64,000 bases of DNA from the human T2T-CHM13v2.0 reference genome, Homo sapiens. The position numbers were made by a program, and so were the translations under genes. Location of the stretch: NCBI RefSeq assembly GCF_009914755.1, contig NC_060948.1; one strand, 5' to 3'. Each line of letters starts with the position of its first letter. Positions within the stretch are counted from its first letter, which is position 1. Below are positions 12,061 to 27,168 of the stretch, in pieces. Under the pieces are notes generated by a model. It searched no databases. It was not told where the DNA came from and saw nothing but the letters and a program-made list of their open reading frames with translations.

Positions 12061-12979
12061 TTTTTTTTTTAATTTCTTGACCAGCTCTTAGATGATGGTG
12101 ATGTTTATCTCCCTGTTCTCGGCAGCCCAAAAAGAATGGCATGCAGCATCTCCTGCTCCTCCTGCAGCCTCTCCTGTACCAACAGCTTCTCCACCCAAGC
12201 CTGGGTGCTCCTGGGGAGTCCTGCATTAGAGGAAGGAGCTGCTGGATCTGCTGTGCAGTGGGGTTGTCATGGAGAGAACCCTCCCTGTCCTCTCCTGGTG
12301 CAGCCTCCACGCTACCAGTGAGGCTCACCTCACTAAGATCTTCAGAGAGAGGGAGGGGGGTGGGAATCTGAGCACAGTGCCAGCCTCCCCTGCTCCTGCC
12401 TGCCCACCCCACCTGAGGGCTCTACTCACCACACTGCTTGTCCGCACACCCAAGCTCCTGTGGGATCAGGGCTCCTAGAGCGGTACACAGGTACTGGTCT
12501 TGCTGCTGCCGCAGACTTGGAGCCTCTTGGCTCTTCAGCTTCACCTGCCGGAAGACCCTGGGCATGAGGGCATGTGGTGGCTGGCTTCCAGATTCCTGGC
12601 CCATTAATAGGGTAGCAAGGGCACCGTGGGGCTCTGTGGCCTGCCCAGGCCGTGGACCCTTGCTCCAGCCCTAAGAGACTGCCTCCCTTGCCTGGAACCC
12701 CATGCCTCCTTCCCCAGCCTCAAATCTCACATCCTTTTTCCCAGCATTTAAACTGTAGACCAAAGACTGATGGAAAAGCAGGGGGAGCCAACCACCATCT
12801 GCTAAGTGTGCTACATGCCTAATGTTTCCACGTATTATCTCATTTAATCCTCAGCACCTCTGCAAGGAAAAGGCTAACTTCGTTTTGAAGTTAAAGAAAC
12901 AGAGACTTAGAGATGCAAAGTAGTTGAATTATGACCAGTGGAACCAAGGCCAGAATCCAGTTTGAATCTAAGGAGTCTT

Positions 12980-13335
<356 letters not shown>

Positions 13336-14195
13336 TGATTGGGGGGCTCCATGCCTCTAGCTGGGATGATGATGTCCAGACCTGGGAGGAGCCCAGGGCT
13401 ACCCACCTCTAAAAGTCAGAGGGCCGGAAGCAGAAACAGTCATAGGACTGCACTGGAGGGTGCTGGGGTCACCTGCCCTCAGGCTGCAGCTGCCTCTGGC
13501 CTGGCACATCCCCTCCCCAGAGGCTGGTGCCTGCCTCTCACATCTTCTTGGAGGGGTCGGAGATTACCGTCTCTTTCAGCTCACCCGGCTTCTTCAGCTC
13601 CTTTACTTGTTCCTCCAACTGCATTGCGCTCTTGTTCTCATTGTTCTGGACAGAGAGAAACAATCAGTGGCCACCCACTAAAACTGGAGACCCCAGAACT
13701 TAGTGTCTGCCTCCCATGGCACCAGGAAGGGTGGAGGCAGTTTAGAAAAATCATACCCTGTCTCCCACAGCCATCAGAGCAGGGCTCCGTCTCACAGGTG
13801 CCTTTAGAAGTACCACTTCATGTGAAGGCTACAATGCCCCATTTTACAGGTGGGGAAACAAGGGCCTTGAGGGCTAGGGAAGAGGGCAGCCTCCCCAGGT
13901 GGGGCAACGCACCAGCTCCTTGAAGCCGCTGTGTGACTCCGCCCTCTGCTCATAGAGGGCTTCCCAACCCAGCTCCAGCATCCTCTCCAGCACCCACATC
14001 CTCTCCAGCTCCCACAGAGTCTCCTGCTGCCACAGTCTCTCATCCTGCTCCCAAAGCCTCTCCTGTTCCAGCAGCTCCTCCACCTTGTCCAGCAGCCTCT
14101 CCCTCTCCAGCAGCCTCTCCTGCTCCTCTTGCCACCTCTCCTGTTCTAACAGCTTCGCCACCTCTTCCAGCAGCCTCTCCTACCCTGGCAGCTTT

Positions 14196-14321
14196 TCCTG
14201 TTCACACAGCCTCTCCTCCTATTCACATAGCCTCTCCTCCTGTTCACATAGCCTCTCCTTCTGTTCATGTAGCCTCTCCTCCTGTTCACGTAGCCTCTCC
14301 TCCTGTTCACGTAGCCTCTCC
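14196..14321 (-). repeat. 21-bp coding tandem repeat (heptad ERL[R/H/C]EQ[E/K]), 6 copies
   Basis: cctgttcac(g/a)tagcctctcct units visible. Confidence 0.9.
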
Positions 14322-17300
14322 TTCTGTCTCCTGTTCAGGAGACTCAACATCTGATTGTTTTCCACCTCAGCCTGGAGCTGTCTTCCCACACTCTCCAGCT
14401 CCTTCCTTAGGTGGTTGGTCTCATCTTGTAGCTGCTCCACCTCAGAGGGCCCTGCTGGGGGCTCTGGGGCCAGGGGTTCAGCTGAGAAAGGAAGCAGACA
14501 ATAAGGGCCTCTGGACTCTCAAAAAAAAAAAACAAAAAAAAAACCTCCCTTTGTTGGACAGCTCCTCCTCTCAGGCTTCCCAAACTTGGCCTCACTGCTA
14601 ATGACTCCTCACACCCGGATGACAGCTAATCTTCCAAGTCACTTTCACATAGAGAGCACTGTGGGTGGCTGACAATGGGCATTCCTCCCTCTTTACTGAT
14701 GCGGACACTGAGGCTCATGGAGATGACAAGACTTGCTGTCTCCTGGCACAGACCTCTTTCCCTCTGCCTCAAAGCCCTTCCATCCACCCACCTCCCTGGG
14801 GCATTCTAAGTCACCCCCACAGCCCTCTGATGCCAGTCCTCCTCCCAGGTCATGCCAGCCCCATCTTACCCATCTGGTTTTGGTAAACCCAAGCTTCTGT
14901 ACTCGATGTATCTCATGCTTCTTCTCCTCCTTCGATGTGCGAACGTGCCCAAAGCACAGGGAGGAGAGGGCCCTGGAGAGAGGGGCTGCTGAACCTGTAG
15001 AGACAGAGTTTGAGAAAGTCCCACCTCCCTTCTGCCAGCTTGTGATTTAGAAAGGTGCATTCATTCAACACTTACTGAGCATGTACAGGCCAGGAACAGA
15101 TCTTCATAGCAGAGATATAAGAGAGCAAAGAACAGACAGGAGCCCTTGGCCCTGAGGTTTCCATTCTAAGGGCCTTTAAATCTCTTTCAGAGCTAACAGT
15201 GACCTTTGATACTCTCTACCTCCTCCAGAAACACGAGCCTAAGGAGGAGAGATGGCTTGTCCAGACTCAAAAAGCAAATTAGGGACTGAGGCAGGGCAGA
15301 AATATGGGCCCCTGACAACCAGTCAGGCTAGTGCTTCCCTGAGAGGTGACAAACCCAGGGCATGTGTGGCAACAACTAGAGCAAGGGTGTCTGGAGAAGA
15401 GAGAGTCAGCAAAGAGGGCAGTGGAGAAGAGCCACGCTGCATGTTCTGTGCTCTGGGGTCCCTCCAGGTGAGGCCTGGGTGCCCCAGCTCCCCACTGGTC
15501 CTGGCATCAGGGGCCCCTAGCCCCTTTCTTCAGGGCCCCAAGAGGAAACTGGAGTCCAGGATTGACCAGCTGGAATCAGGGGACCCCACTGGACTCTTAC
15601 CAGTGAATTGATGTTTTCACTGAGTTGACTGATTATTGCGGAGCTTGAATCCAGGGCTACTGCTAGTTCTTGGTACTGGCTCTGAGGTGCATGCAGAGAG
15701 GAGGAGTTGGAGGAAGATTGTGGGGAGGGGTAGAGAAAACAATCATTAGGGCTGGTGGGGGCGTGTAGGCTGTCTCAGCTGGCAGAGGGGCAACAAGCCC
15801 CTGCTGTGGGAGGAGGTTGGAGGGCTGGCCTGCAGGGTCACTGCACCTCAGCCCAGGGCCTCTTACCTCCAGATCCTCCAGGGTAGCAGATGATGCAGGG
15901 CCCTCCCTGTAGATACCTGTTGCTGACTGCAAGAGATGAGAGTGCATATGGAGATGTTCTGTCCCCCCTCACTGTCTAAGCCCTCTGACTTCCTTTCTTC
16001 CCCCATCAACTGGCAAAAGCTTCTTTTCTGCCTATCTTGGACCCTTTGTCCCATAACTCCTTTGTGCCAACTTCTGTCATGGTTCTTATCTCCCCACCAT
16101 CCCACCGTGGGGCCCTTTCAGTGACTCCTAAAGGGACAGCCTGATGGCAAGTGGCTCTTCTCATTAGCCTGGCTTCCTCTTGAGACTGAGGATGAGGAAA
16201 ATCAAACAGCAATGACCATTTTCTGGGTGTCCTGGGTGTTTTCAGCAGGCCATATACTAAGGATTCACATAAAAGCAACAATAATAAATCTGATTTAAAT
16301 TTAACAAATGGAAGTCAAAAAATACCACCTCTATTATACAGATGTGAAAAGAGAGGCCCAAAGACCTCAAGCAACTTACCCTAAATCATATGCTAATCAA
16401 TCCCTAATCAATCCTTAGCAGATGGAGAGGCAGGATTCAAACCCAGAATTCTTAACCAGTACCCAACAGTCCATCCACAATCTTAAAAATTACCCTCTAC
16501 TGCCCCTTGGGCCCCCTGTCCCCAGGAGCCTGGCCCGCCAAGACTCACATCCCCAGGTGAGTGGTAACCACCAGAAGTGGCTGTGTCAGGGCTACTGCCA
16601 TTGATTTTCTTTTTCCTGTTAGCTCCTTCTGGAATGCCAGGGCTCTTCCTCTGCCAATATTCTTTTAACTGTGGGAAAAAAAGAGCAGTAACACTCATGA
16701 GAATGATCAGCCCCTACAGCCACATCCTCCTTTACAGTTTTGACAAAATACTCTTATATACCATCTGGTTTAATGCCACCAACAATTGGACAAGGTGTTG
16801 TCACAGTCATTTAGTGATTGAGAGGGATTGATATCATGGATAGAAAAAAAAATGTCAAAACTGGAACTGAAACTCAGTCCTCTGACTCCAAGCTCTGGAG
16901 TTTTCCATGAATCAGCAGCTGCCAGGGACCAAAACAAGGGGTAGAGGTAGAAAAGTAAACATTAAGCAGGCAGGAACTGTAGGCCGTGTGGTTTAGAGTC
17001 ATACATCCTCACAGGTCTGCTAGCGTGAAAAAGCACACCAGTACCTCCCACACTTTCATATCAATGTGTCTTCATGGCAGAAGGCAGCTTTTCTGTTAAA
17101 TCTGGGAATTTATCAGAAAGAGGACAACCCAAGCCTCATTTCAGAGAGAAGTCTGGTATACACTTGGAAACCTATGTGTCTGTCATCCCTAAGTACATTA
17201 ATGTTTTTTCTCAAGAGAATCAAGGGAAAATGATGCTTCAGAAAGATGTCCCACATTTATCCTGTGGCACTCAAAGTACCCTAGGTTGAGATGATATGAG

Positions 17301-18469
17301 GAAGATTCAAGCTGTCAAGTTCAGTTTCCCAAGATCTATTCCACAGAAGATGAGCAAATCTCACTTCAGAGACCACTGACTGAAGGTCAGTCTGGTCCCA
17401 GAACCATGGAGAACTCAGAAAATATGTTAAAGTCTCTCTGGAAGGTATAAGCCTGGGAGAAAACCAAACCAAACCCATTCTCCCATTGCTGCCCAGAGAT
17501 ACTGTCAATGTTTTGAGCTCACAGGAAGTGTAAGCTTTTCACACTGTGAATTAGACATTGTTCACGGTGTAAAGCAGCCTGAAACTTCTTGCTCATAAGT
17601 CCCATAGTCCCCACTCCCCTTCCAGCTGGAAATTTGTGCTGCAACCAGAGGAACCAGAAATGGGGTGAGAAAACTTAGGGGACTGGGTTGTAAAATCAAA
17701 GGCCGGTCTTGCAGCAGTAATGACAGTTCCTCGTGGGACTGTGACATCACTACATTCCACTCCTCCCAGGGGAGGGGACCACATCGGCTTGATGCCCAAG
17801 TTGCCGCTCCATGATGGGGGAGGGAAACACAGGGTTTTGACCCAGGTCCTCGGAGATGCCAGTCCAAGAAGCCCAGGGAGGTCGAGCTTGGGGCAGCAAG
17901 AGGGGAGGGCCGAGTCTGCAGTAGGGAGCCCCGGGAGTCAAAAAAGTCACCCAGGTATGACTGGCCAGGGCGGGGCCCGGGGCTGGGGGACCCAGCTCCT
18001 GGGAGACACAAGCCCAAAGAGCCCAGGGAGGTTGGGCTTGGGGTGGCAGGAGGTGAGGTCCGAGTATGGAGCAGGGAGCCCCAGGAGTCACCCTCCCAAA
18101 GTCACCCTGTGGTGACTGGCAAGGGCAAGGACTGAGTGGCTTGCTGAAGGGGTGGGGCTGACTGACAAGACTTTGGTTGGGGGAGCCCAGAGGCGCTGGT
18201 GTTGGGGGGCCTAGTCTGGTATGCCTCAGGAGTGGTATGGACTCTGCCACCGGTCTTGTCATCGGAGGGGATCTGTGGCTGGGTTGGGGGCCATGACCTG
18301 GTGCGTTTTACCTTTTTCTTGGCTGCAGCCAATTTCCCCTGTTGTGTGTTTTCTGACATCGTGGGGTGGGGAGGGAGGCGGGGTTGGGGCCACATCAGCA
18401 AAATCCCAGTGAGCACTGCTGAATGCCTCCAGTCACCTACAAGGCAGCTGTGCGACTGAACCACAGGTG

Positions 18470-18690
18470 GTGTAACCAGGGCACCAATGTAACACAGAAT
18501 AGGGGCTTGGCCTTAATGCTCCAAGCCCATTGGTCAGTGAGAAAGATGAAAGGGAAAGGAGGCGTGTCCAGGCAGCAGCATGTCCAGAGGGACCTGTGGC
18601 ATCATAAGGAAAGCTGGCCATGCAACTGCTGTCCCCGCCCACTAAGAGAGAGGGGAGGGGCCGCCCAATCTGGGAGAGGGGAGGGGCTGG
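18470..18690 (-). promoter_or_regulatory. Putative GOLGA6L proximal promoter with CCAAT and GC boxes
   Basis: ccaat ~18484, cattgg ~18528, ccccgccc ~18633, ccgcccaatc 18661, 80-290 bp upstream of the ATG. Confidence 0.5.
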
Positions 18691-19025
18691 CTTTTGCTTT
18701 AAAAGCTTTAAAACTGTAAAAAATAAACTTTAAAAAATATATGTGTGTATACTTTATATATGTGTGTCTGTGTGTATCTATGTGTTCCTCCAGAGCTGTC
18801 TTCATTATCCAGCTTCTATGCAAAGTCTATGATTTTGGCCTATATTTTTCATCTTCAAATGGAACACAAGAATTACCAGTATTACCTTAACTGAAATATA
18901 GATCCTATATAAATGGAAAATCCATAGAATTCTTGATGATTAATGAAGCCAACTATAGTATCCGACATTCCAATAACAGAAAATAATCACAATGATTTCT
19001 CTTTTTTGGAAAAATGTTTGTCTTA

Positions 19026-19454
<429 letters not shown>

Positions 19455-19749
19455 TTAAAGCTCTTTACTGGTTTAAAACAAATACAAGGCCCATTTTTCT
19501 AGAATCACCTGGCCTCTCTAAGCCTTGCAAATGAAACTGAATTTCTCACTTGATACCTGGCTATGACTTGCAATCATGAAAACCAAGAATTGTGTTATGT
19601 CACTGTGTATTGCTTGTTACCTGAAATCCACACTAGGCTGGGATCAAGGGTTGAATCTTTCATGATTTTCTCCATAACCTGTGTGCTTCTTATCCCAGAC
19701 CAAACTAAGCTTTTTTCTAGAGTTCTACAATTTACACTTAATAGACAAG

Positions 19750-19920
19750 AGTGGTTCTCAAAATGTAGTCTATGGACTAGCAGCACCAGCAGCACCTGAG
19801 ACCTTTTTATAAGTGCAAATTCTCAGGCCCCACCCTGGACCTGGTGAATCAGAAACTCTGGAGTAGGGTTCAGCAATCTGTGCTGCAGTAATCCCTCCAG
19901 GTGTTCAAGAACCTCTGGCA
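19750..19920. mobile_element. MER5A-like DNA transposon
   Basis: gtggttctcaaa...cagcagcacctgag...gcaaattctcaggccccaccc...gaatcagaaactctgg. Confidence 0.75.
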
Positions 19921-20649
19921 TACAGCAGTTAGTAAAATGTGTTTACTTCTGTAGGTCCAAAGCCAGGGTTGCCATATGGTCTGCCTTGTTATGAAACAAT
20001 GACATGCAATTAAAAGACAAGAATCTCCTTCCTACTCGCACCCTCCATCCAATGTGTTTTATTTTTATGAGTTCCATAAGAAAAACAAGTGGCAATCAGA
20101 GATTTAGTCTAAAAAGTATGTTTACAAGTGTCCGTTCTCATCCAGCCTGATCGCCTACAAAACCATTTACATCCTCTTACATCTCAAGTTTTAAAAAAGT
20201 ATCTTCACAATGTAAGACTCAAGCACACTAGCAGTTCTATAATAAAACACCAAGTAGATCAGAATGTCCAACCTTACTAGAGAAGAAAAGTGCAATCATT
20301 GGCCATATTTTCAAATTGCATTCAACAGGAAATTTAAGTTTTGAATTTTTTTCACCTTCATACTTCCAAAGTAATAGAATTAAAGCAGAATATGCCATTC
20401 TTTCAAATACTCTAGCCAGGCAAAGTTTTACTGTATTATTTCTTGCTTTCAATGGATATAAAGCAGATTCCTGGTAGGCACATTCTGTGTACCTTCAAAG
20501 ATGCAGAACTAAACAGTTCCATCTGTTCAATATTAAACCAAAAGTCCTGTAGACCGCGGATGGTGAGTGTAATACTTCAGCACTAGCCCAAAGCCTCAAA
20601 TATGAAAACATACCAAGAACACCACTACCAAACAAAACTAAACTCTCTG

Positions 20650-20925
20650 TCAGGAGCAGTAGCTGACACCTGTAATCCCAGCACTTTGGCAAGCTGAGGT
20701 GGGAGGATTACTTGAAGTCAGGAGTTCAAGACTAGCCTGGGCAGCATAGAGAATTCACATCTCCACAAAAATTTTTAAACATTAGCTGGGTGTGGTGGCA
20801 CACAGCTGTAGTCCTAGCTACTTGGCAGGCTGAGGTGGGAAAATTGCTTGAGGCGAGGAGTTCAAGGCTGCAGTAGCTATGATTATGGCACTGCACTCCA
20901 GTCTGGGTGACAGAGCGAGACTTAG
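20650..20925 (+). mobile_element. AluJ-like SINE
   Basis: cctgtaatcccagcactttgg...gctgcagtagctatgattatggcactgcactccag. Confidence 0.85.
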
Positions 20926-21033
20926 ATAATTACATTTTCTCCTGCTCCTGTTTACACTAAAATCACGAAGTTAAAAGGCTTTCAAATTTGGCAGGATAAA
21001 AATTAAGTGAAATGTGACTTTGGAGCTTGGCTA

Positions 21034-21335
21034 ATGAAAGAAAGAAAGAAAGAAAGGAAAGAAGGAGGGAGGGAGGGAACAAAGAGAAAGAAAGGAAAGG
21101 AAGAAAGAGAGAGAGGGAAAGAAGAAAGAAAAAGAGAGAGAAAGAAAAAGAGAAAAAGAAAGAGGAAAGAAAGAGAGGGAGGGAGGGAAAAGAAAAGAAC
21201 GTAAGAATGGAAAGCAAGAAAGAAAAGGAAAGCAAGGAAGGAAGAAGAAGAAGAAAGAACGAAACAAGGAAAAGAAAGAAAAAGAGAAAGAAAGAAAGGG
21301 AAAGGAAAGGAAAAAGAAAAGAAGAAAAAATGAAA
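21034..21335. repeat. ~300-bp GA-rich polypurine simple repeat
   Basis: (gaaa)n/(ggga)n/(gaa)n runs, almost no pyrimidines on the + strand. Confidence 0.95.
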
Positions 21336-21787
21336 TGACAAATTACTTACTGGGAGAAAGTTTTTGTAACCTCAATGACAGATAAAATGCTTGCATCCTT
21401 AGTCTATAAAGAAATCTTTAAAATTACTGAGAAAAAAAACAAATGATTTTCAACTGAAATGGTTAATGGAGAAACTGGCATGTCTCACAAGAATAAAAAT
21501 GGCCAATGGCATATACAAAGATTCAAAAGCACAAGAAATCAAAGAAATGTCATGAAAACAATGAGATTTTCTGTATAAAGGCAGGAAAGATGACAAATGG
21601 AAAGGGGAACCTGGAGCTCTGTCCTTGTTGGTGGGAGTGTAACCTGAGTCACTTTTCCTGGAGAATGATTTGAAAGTTTCTATTAAAAACCCTAAAAATT
21701 ATTTTCCTCCAGAAATTCTACTTCTATGAATTTAGTCCAAAAATGTTTGCTCAAGCCCATTAAAATGTATGTATAAGAAAATTCACC

Positions 21788-22175
<388 letters not shown>

Positions 22176-23699
22176 TTACTGCCACAGAAATATGCCCAAA
22201 ATATAGTAAGTGACAAAAGACTACATATTACGATTCTACTTTTTAAAAGGTTTATGTGCATAAAAACATATAAAAAGCAACAAGCCACAATGTTTTGAGT
22301 GGCAAATTAAAGATTTTTCTTAATATTTGTCATCCAAATTATTACAAAAAGAATGATTTCCTTTATAATGAGGGAGAATTGTGATTTTCATTTATTTATA
22401 TTTAAATCTCTTTTCTTTTTCTGATTTTTTTTTCTCCTGTATGTATCCCATGTAGGCTAGAATCCCTGCCTCTTGAGGTAAATCAGCCCATTTTCGGGAA
22501 GTGCGCTACAGAAAGCTGCCCTAGCTTCCTTTTAAGAGATGTGGAGACATTTTTTATTTCAAATTGTTTTATCATTCTCAGATTATTTTGTTTAATATAT
22601 GAAATTGAGGAAAAGACAAAGGAAAGGCTGACTCCCTACCCTCCTGGGGCTACTCTTCCAATTTTTGCTGCTATTGTTTATATTAATATTCACTAGGTAC
22701 TAAAAAATGGGCAGCCCCTTAGATCATTTGTTCTTATCTCTTTCTCATAATCCTACTTCATTCCTTCATTCACTTATTTTTAAAAGGGTCATGTGTACAA
22801 ACACATGGTTCAGAAAATTTTTAAATATAACTACCTATAAAAGTATGTGGCCAAATCCCATTCACAGTCTTATTCTCCTTCTACAGCCAAACACTTTTAA
22901 TTGGTTTCTTATATATCATTTCAGAATTTATCTTTGCAAATACACACGTATATTCTTATTCTACTCTTCTCTCTCAACACAAAAAGTAGCATACCATACA
23001 TACTATACCATTCCTTGTTCCTCTTAAAACACACACAATATATGTGAGTTCTTCTACATGAGTACAGAGGTCTTTGTCATTCTTCTTTACAACCGCACAG
23101 TATTCATCGTTTGGATGTACCACAGTTTACTTAACCAGTTCCCTGTTGGTGGACACTGAAGTCATCCCTATCATACTATTACAAACAATAATGCCAAGCA
23201 TAACCACCCACACACTAAGTTCATTTCTGAATCTGCCTTTGATGAAGCCTCTATTTGAATCACCACAAAGTCACAAGGCTGAAAAGTTAGCCAATTTTTT
23301 AGTTTTCATTATGTGCAGCAGTATGTAGCAAAAGACTCCCTTGGGCAAAGCAAATGTGCTCTTTGGGGATTTACTGCATAACAATAAATGGATTAACACC
23401 AAGGAGAAATATTTCTATTTAACCATGCATACGTATGTATATAATGCATGCATATGCATAGATAGTATACAATAAATCCATCAAAGCATTAAGCATTGTC
23501 TCAGTATGGTGGATCTATGGAGTGCTTTGTAGACAGCCCTCCTTGCCTATCAATTCTTCCTAGTTTCAAAACAGTGAATATGTACTATTTTTGCAATATA
23601 AAATTTCAACAAATGTTAACTCAAGCCAGATACATTCCTTCAGTCTGTCCTATATTTGTATGGTGCTCCAGAGTGCTCAAATATCATGTCATTTAAAAA

Positions 23700-23848
23700 A
23701 TTTATTTATTTTTTTTTCAAATATAGAAACAGGCAGGGCTTTGCTCTGTTGACCAGGCTGGTCTTGAACTCCTAGATCCTCCTAGATCCTCCCACTTCCA
23801 CCTCCCAAAGTGCCGCTATTACAAGTGGGAGCCATCCGGCCCGGCTGG
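23700..23848 (-). mobile_element. Alu monomer (FLAM-like) fragment
   Basis: ccaggctggtcttgaactcct...cctcccaaagtg...attacaagtgggagcca. Confidence 0.7.
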
Positions 23849-24447
23849 CTTCATTTGAGAAATATTTCCCCAGAACTCCATATATTATGAATAATTCCTT
23901 TCTTCTTGTTTAGATACCATCTTAGTCATATCTCTATTACCTCACTTGTCACATGATAATCAGTTGCTCACCCATCCATCTTCCTTGATTGCTCGAGAAG
24001 AGTCTGATTTTCAGCACCTTGAACAGTGTGCAATACATACATGCTTCATACGCAGAGAAGGAAATGATATCACTACAGTGTAATTATTCCCAGAATTCAA
24101 TGCCCGTATTTGTAGATTGTTCCAGATACTCTGCCAACAACCTGAGAATGTTACGTGTTTTCCCTAAAACTTCCATCCATTACTGAGTGTCTACGGTCAT
24201 AGTTAACTCAGTTGCGATGTGACCTCTGGCCAAGCCCATTCATAGTTTGTATTTAAGGTGATTTTTAATCTGAATTTTTGATTTTGATAGTTTCCTTTTT
24301 GTTTTTTTAATCTAGCAGTGTTTGGTAAACTTCTACATCTCTATATCCCTATGTCTTTGCACCTACTGGTCTCTGCTTGGAATAATAGCTCAAGGTTTTA
24401 TTCACCTGGAAAAAATTTCTACTTACCCTTAAAGAATCAGCTTAAAT

Positions 24448-24744
24448 AAGCTGGGCATGGTGGCTCATGCCTGTAATCCCAGCACTTTGGGAGGCCAAGG
24501 TGGGTGGATCACCTCAGATCAGTAGTTTGAGACTAGCCTGGCCAACATGGTGAAACCTCATCTTTACTAAAAATACAAAAAATAGCTGGGTGTGGTGGTG
24601 GATGCCTGTAATCCCAGCTACTCAGGAGACTGAGGCAGAAGAATCACTTGCAACTGGCAAGCAGAGGTTGCAGTGAGCTGAGATCACGCCATTGCACTCC
24701 ATCTTGGGTGAGAGAGCAAGACTTCATCTCAAAAACAAAAACAA
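24448..24744 (+). mobile_element. AluS with TSD aatcagcttaaat
   Basis: Alu body; TSD at 24435-24447 and 24745-24757. Confidence 0.92.
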
Positions 24745-26844
24745 AATCAGCTTAAATGATACTGTCTCTGAGAAGCCTTTATATCTTCCTATTCTTTCAG
24801 TAACAGTTGAAAATTCCTCAACTCTTAAAACATTTGTGCCTCTATTATTATGTATCAGGCACGGAACTGAGTGTCTAGGATAGAAAGATGAAACTGTAGA
24901 CCCTGCCCTCATGGAGTTCATGGTCTAGTATGGAAAACAGCCATATGAACAAATAACCACACTGTAGGTCTTCAGAGCTCAAACCCTATCCTAAATACTG
25001 CTAAATTAATATTCTGTGAGGTTTTGAAATTACTAGGGCCAGAGACAATATCGCTGTTTGGATGACTTTCCATCCAAGTTAATATTCCGCCATCATCATC
25101 AAAGGTGATATGTGTGTACCTCTTCCTTGCAACCCACCAGGGCCTAACACATCATATACCCACTTTTGAAATTAGGAAACAGCCTCAGAAGTCCAAGAGC
25201 TTGACCAAAGTAACTCAGCTGTTAGGTAGCAGAACCAGGTCGGTATGATTCTTCTTCAATATCCTCCAAGTTATATGGGCAAGTGGCCTCAAAATCAACA
25301 AAAGACAAGTAGAGGTTGATATGCATCAATGGAGAGAGGCTCAAAAGGAAGAGTTTATACACAAGAATAGAACAGAAATGTTCTAGAAGTATGTCTGGGG
25401 ATGTGAAGTAGGAGGGGGCACACCAGGTTTCACCTTGGTCAAGTGAATCTATAATTCCAACCTGGGCCTCACCCCTGAGCTCCAGACTTAGCTATCTGTT
25501 TTTCTCACTCTAATATAAAATCCATAGGGCAGGACTTAATCTCTAGGTTGTTCATCACAAATTAAAGCAGAGTCTGGTTTATAGTAAGTACTTAATAAAT
25601 AAATAAACAAACTATCAAAGAAGCTAAAGAAACATTCTACACTCTTGGGGGAAGGGATTACCATGAAATGCCATCTGTCCTTTTTCTTCTTTTCAGTATT
25701 TGGGGTGTTCTTCATTGAAAAAGATTAGCTTCTTCAATTAGCTCCCTTCTCTTCCAGATAGGAAGAGAGAGGGAGAGGGAGAGAGAGAGGAATAGAGAGA
25801 AGTTTCATATTTTAACTATGGTTCAATTCTAAGCATTCTAAAATTGTATTGAGTTTTTTAAACCACGAATTACAAGGGTGTTTAATTTCCAAATTCATGT
25901 AGCTTTTTTTTAATCTCTTCATTATTGCCTTCTAACCTTAATTGCTTCATATTTAAATTATAAATTATATGGTGTGGATGGTACCAATTGTTTTTTAAAT
26001 CTTCTGACTTGCTTTATGAATTAATATATAATTAATGTTTCACCCACAGTCCACATATGCTTGAGAAGAATATACAATATCTAATTATTGGGTACAAAGG
26101 TCTATATTTGTCCATTACACCATGTCCATTCACTGGTTATTCAAATCTACATATGGGCATTCCGTGTAACTTACTTATGGTAAGCAGGGTATGGTGAAAT
26201 CTCCAAATATGCTGGCAGACTTGTCAATTTCTACCTGTGGTTTTATCAGTTTTTCTCCTGCATTTTGAGGCTATTTTGACAGGTACATAAAATATGAAAA
26301 TTGCTACATCCTCCTAATTAACAGTCAGCATCAAGTTTCTTAATAACGCTTTCTGTTCCAAAATCCTTTTTTGATATTGAAGCTCCATCACTTGTTTTTG
26401 GTTAATGTATACTGCCATATCTTTATCACTCTCTCTCCTTTATAAAAACTTTCAATCTTCTCATATCCTTATATTTTAAATATGATGGATTAAAACAGCT
26501 GGATATTCTTTTATTAGTTCCACCTAACTGGTAACTTTAGTCCATTTACATTTGTTGTGACTGATTTATGTGGACTTCCTTCTATCACCTTTAGAATTTC
26601 TATTTCTCTCACTTTCTAATATAATTTTAATATTCCCTCCTGGGATTCCACTAAGACATATTTTAGACCTCATTCTGATCTCCCTCCCCCTACAACCCCA
26701 CCAACTTCTGCCCTATCATCTATCCTCATGTCTTTCTGTGTAACATACTGACTCACTTTTGGGAGATAATTGTCTAACCAATTAATTCTTTCTTCTGATG
26801 TCTAATCCATCCACTGAGGTTTTTATTTCAACAATTACATTTTT

Positions 26845-27168
26845 TATTTCTTTATTTCATTTTATTCTGAGACGGAGTCTCACTCTGTCACCCAGGCTGG
26901 ACTGCAGTGGCATGCACGTGCAGCCCTTGTCTCCTGAGCTCAAGTGATCCTCCTCAGCCTCCTGACTAGCTAGGACTATAGACATGTGCCCCATACCCAG
27001 CTACTTTTTTTTTTTTTTTTTTTTTTTGGTGGTGTTGGGGTATTTTTTACAGAAACGAGTTCTCACCATGTTGCCCAGGCTTGTCTCCCCAACTCCTGGG
27101 CTCATACCATCCTCCCACCTCAGCCTCCCAAACAGTGCTGGGATTACAGGTGTGAGCCACCAGATCCA
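26845..27168 (-). mobile_element. AluJ-like SINE
   Basis: gagacggagtctcactctgtcacccaggctgg...gctgggattacaggtgtgagccacc. Confidence 0.85.

Noticed and set aside
13933-14601. 222-aa Pro/Ala/Ser-rich ORF on + strand (ASPPVHV repeats)
   Set aside because: Antisense reading of the GOLGA6L 21-bp coiled-coil repeat
20963-21341. Lys/Arg/Glu-rich and Phe/Ser-rich ORFs
   Set aside because: Translations of the GA-rich simple repeat
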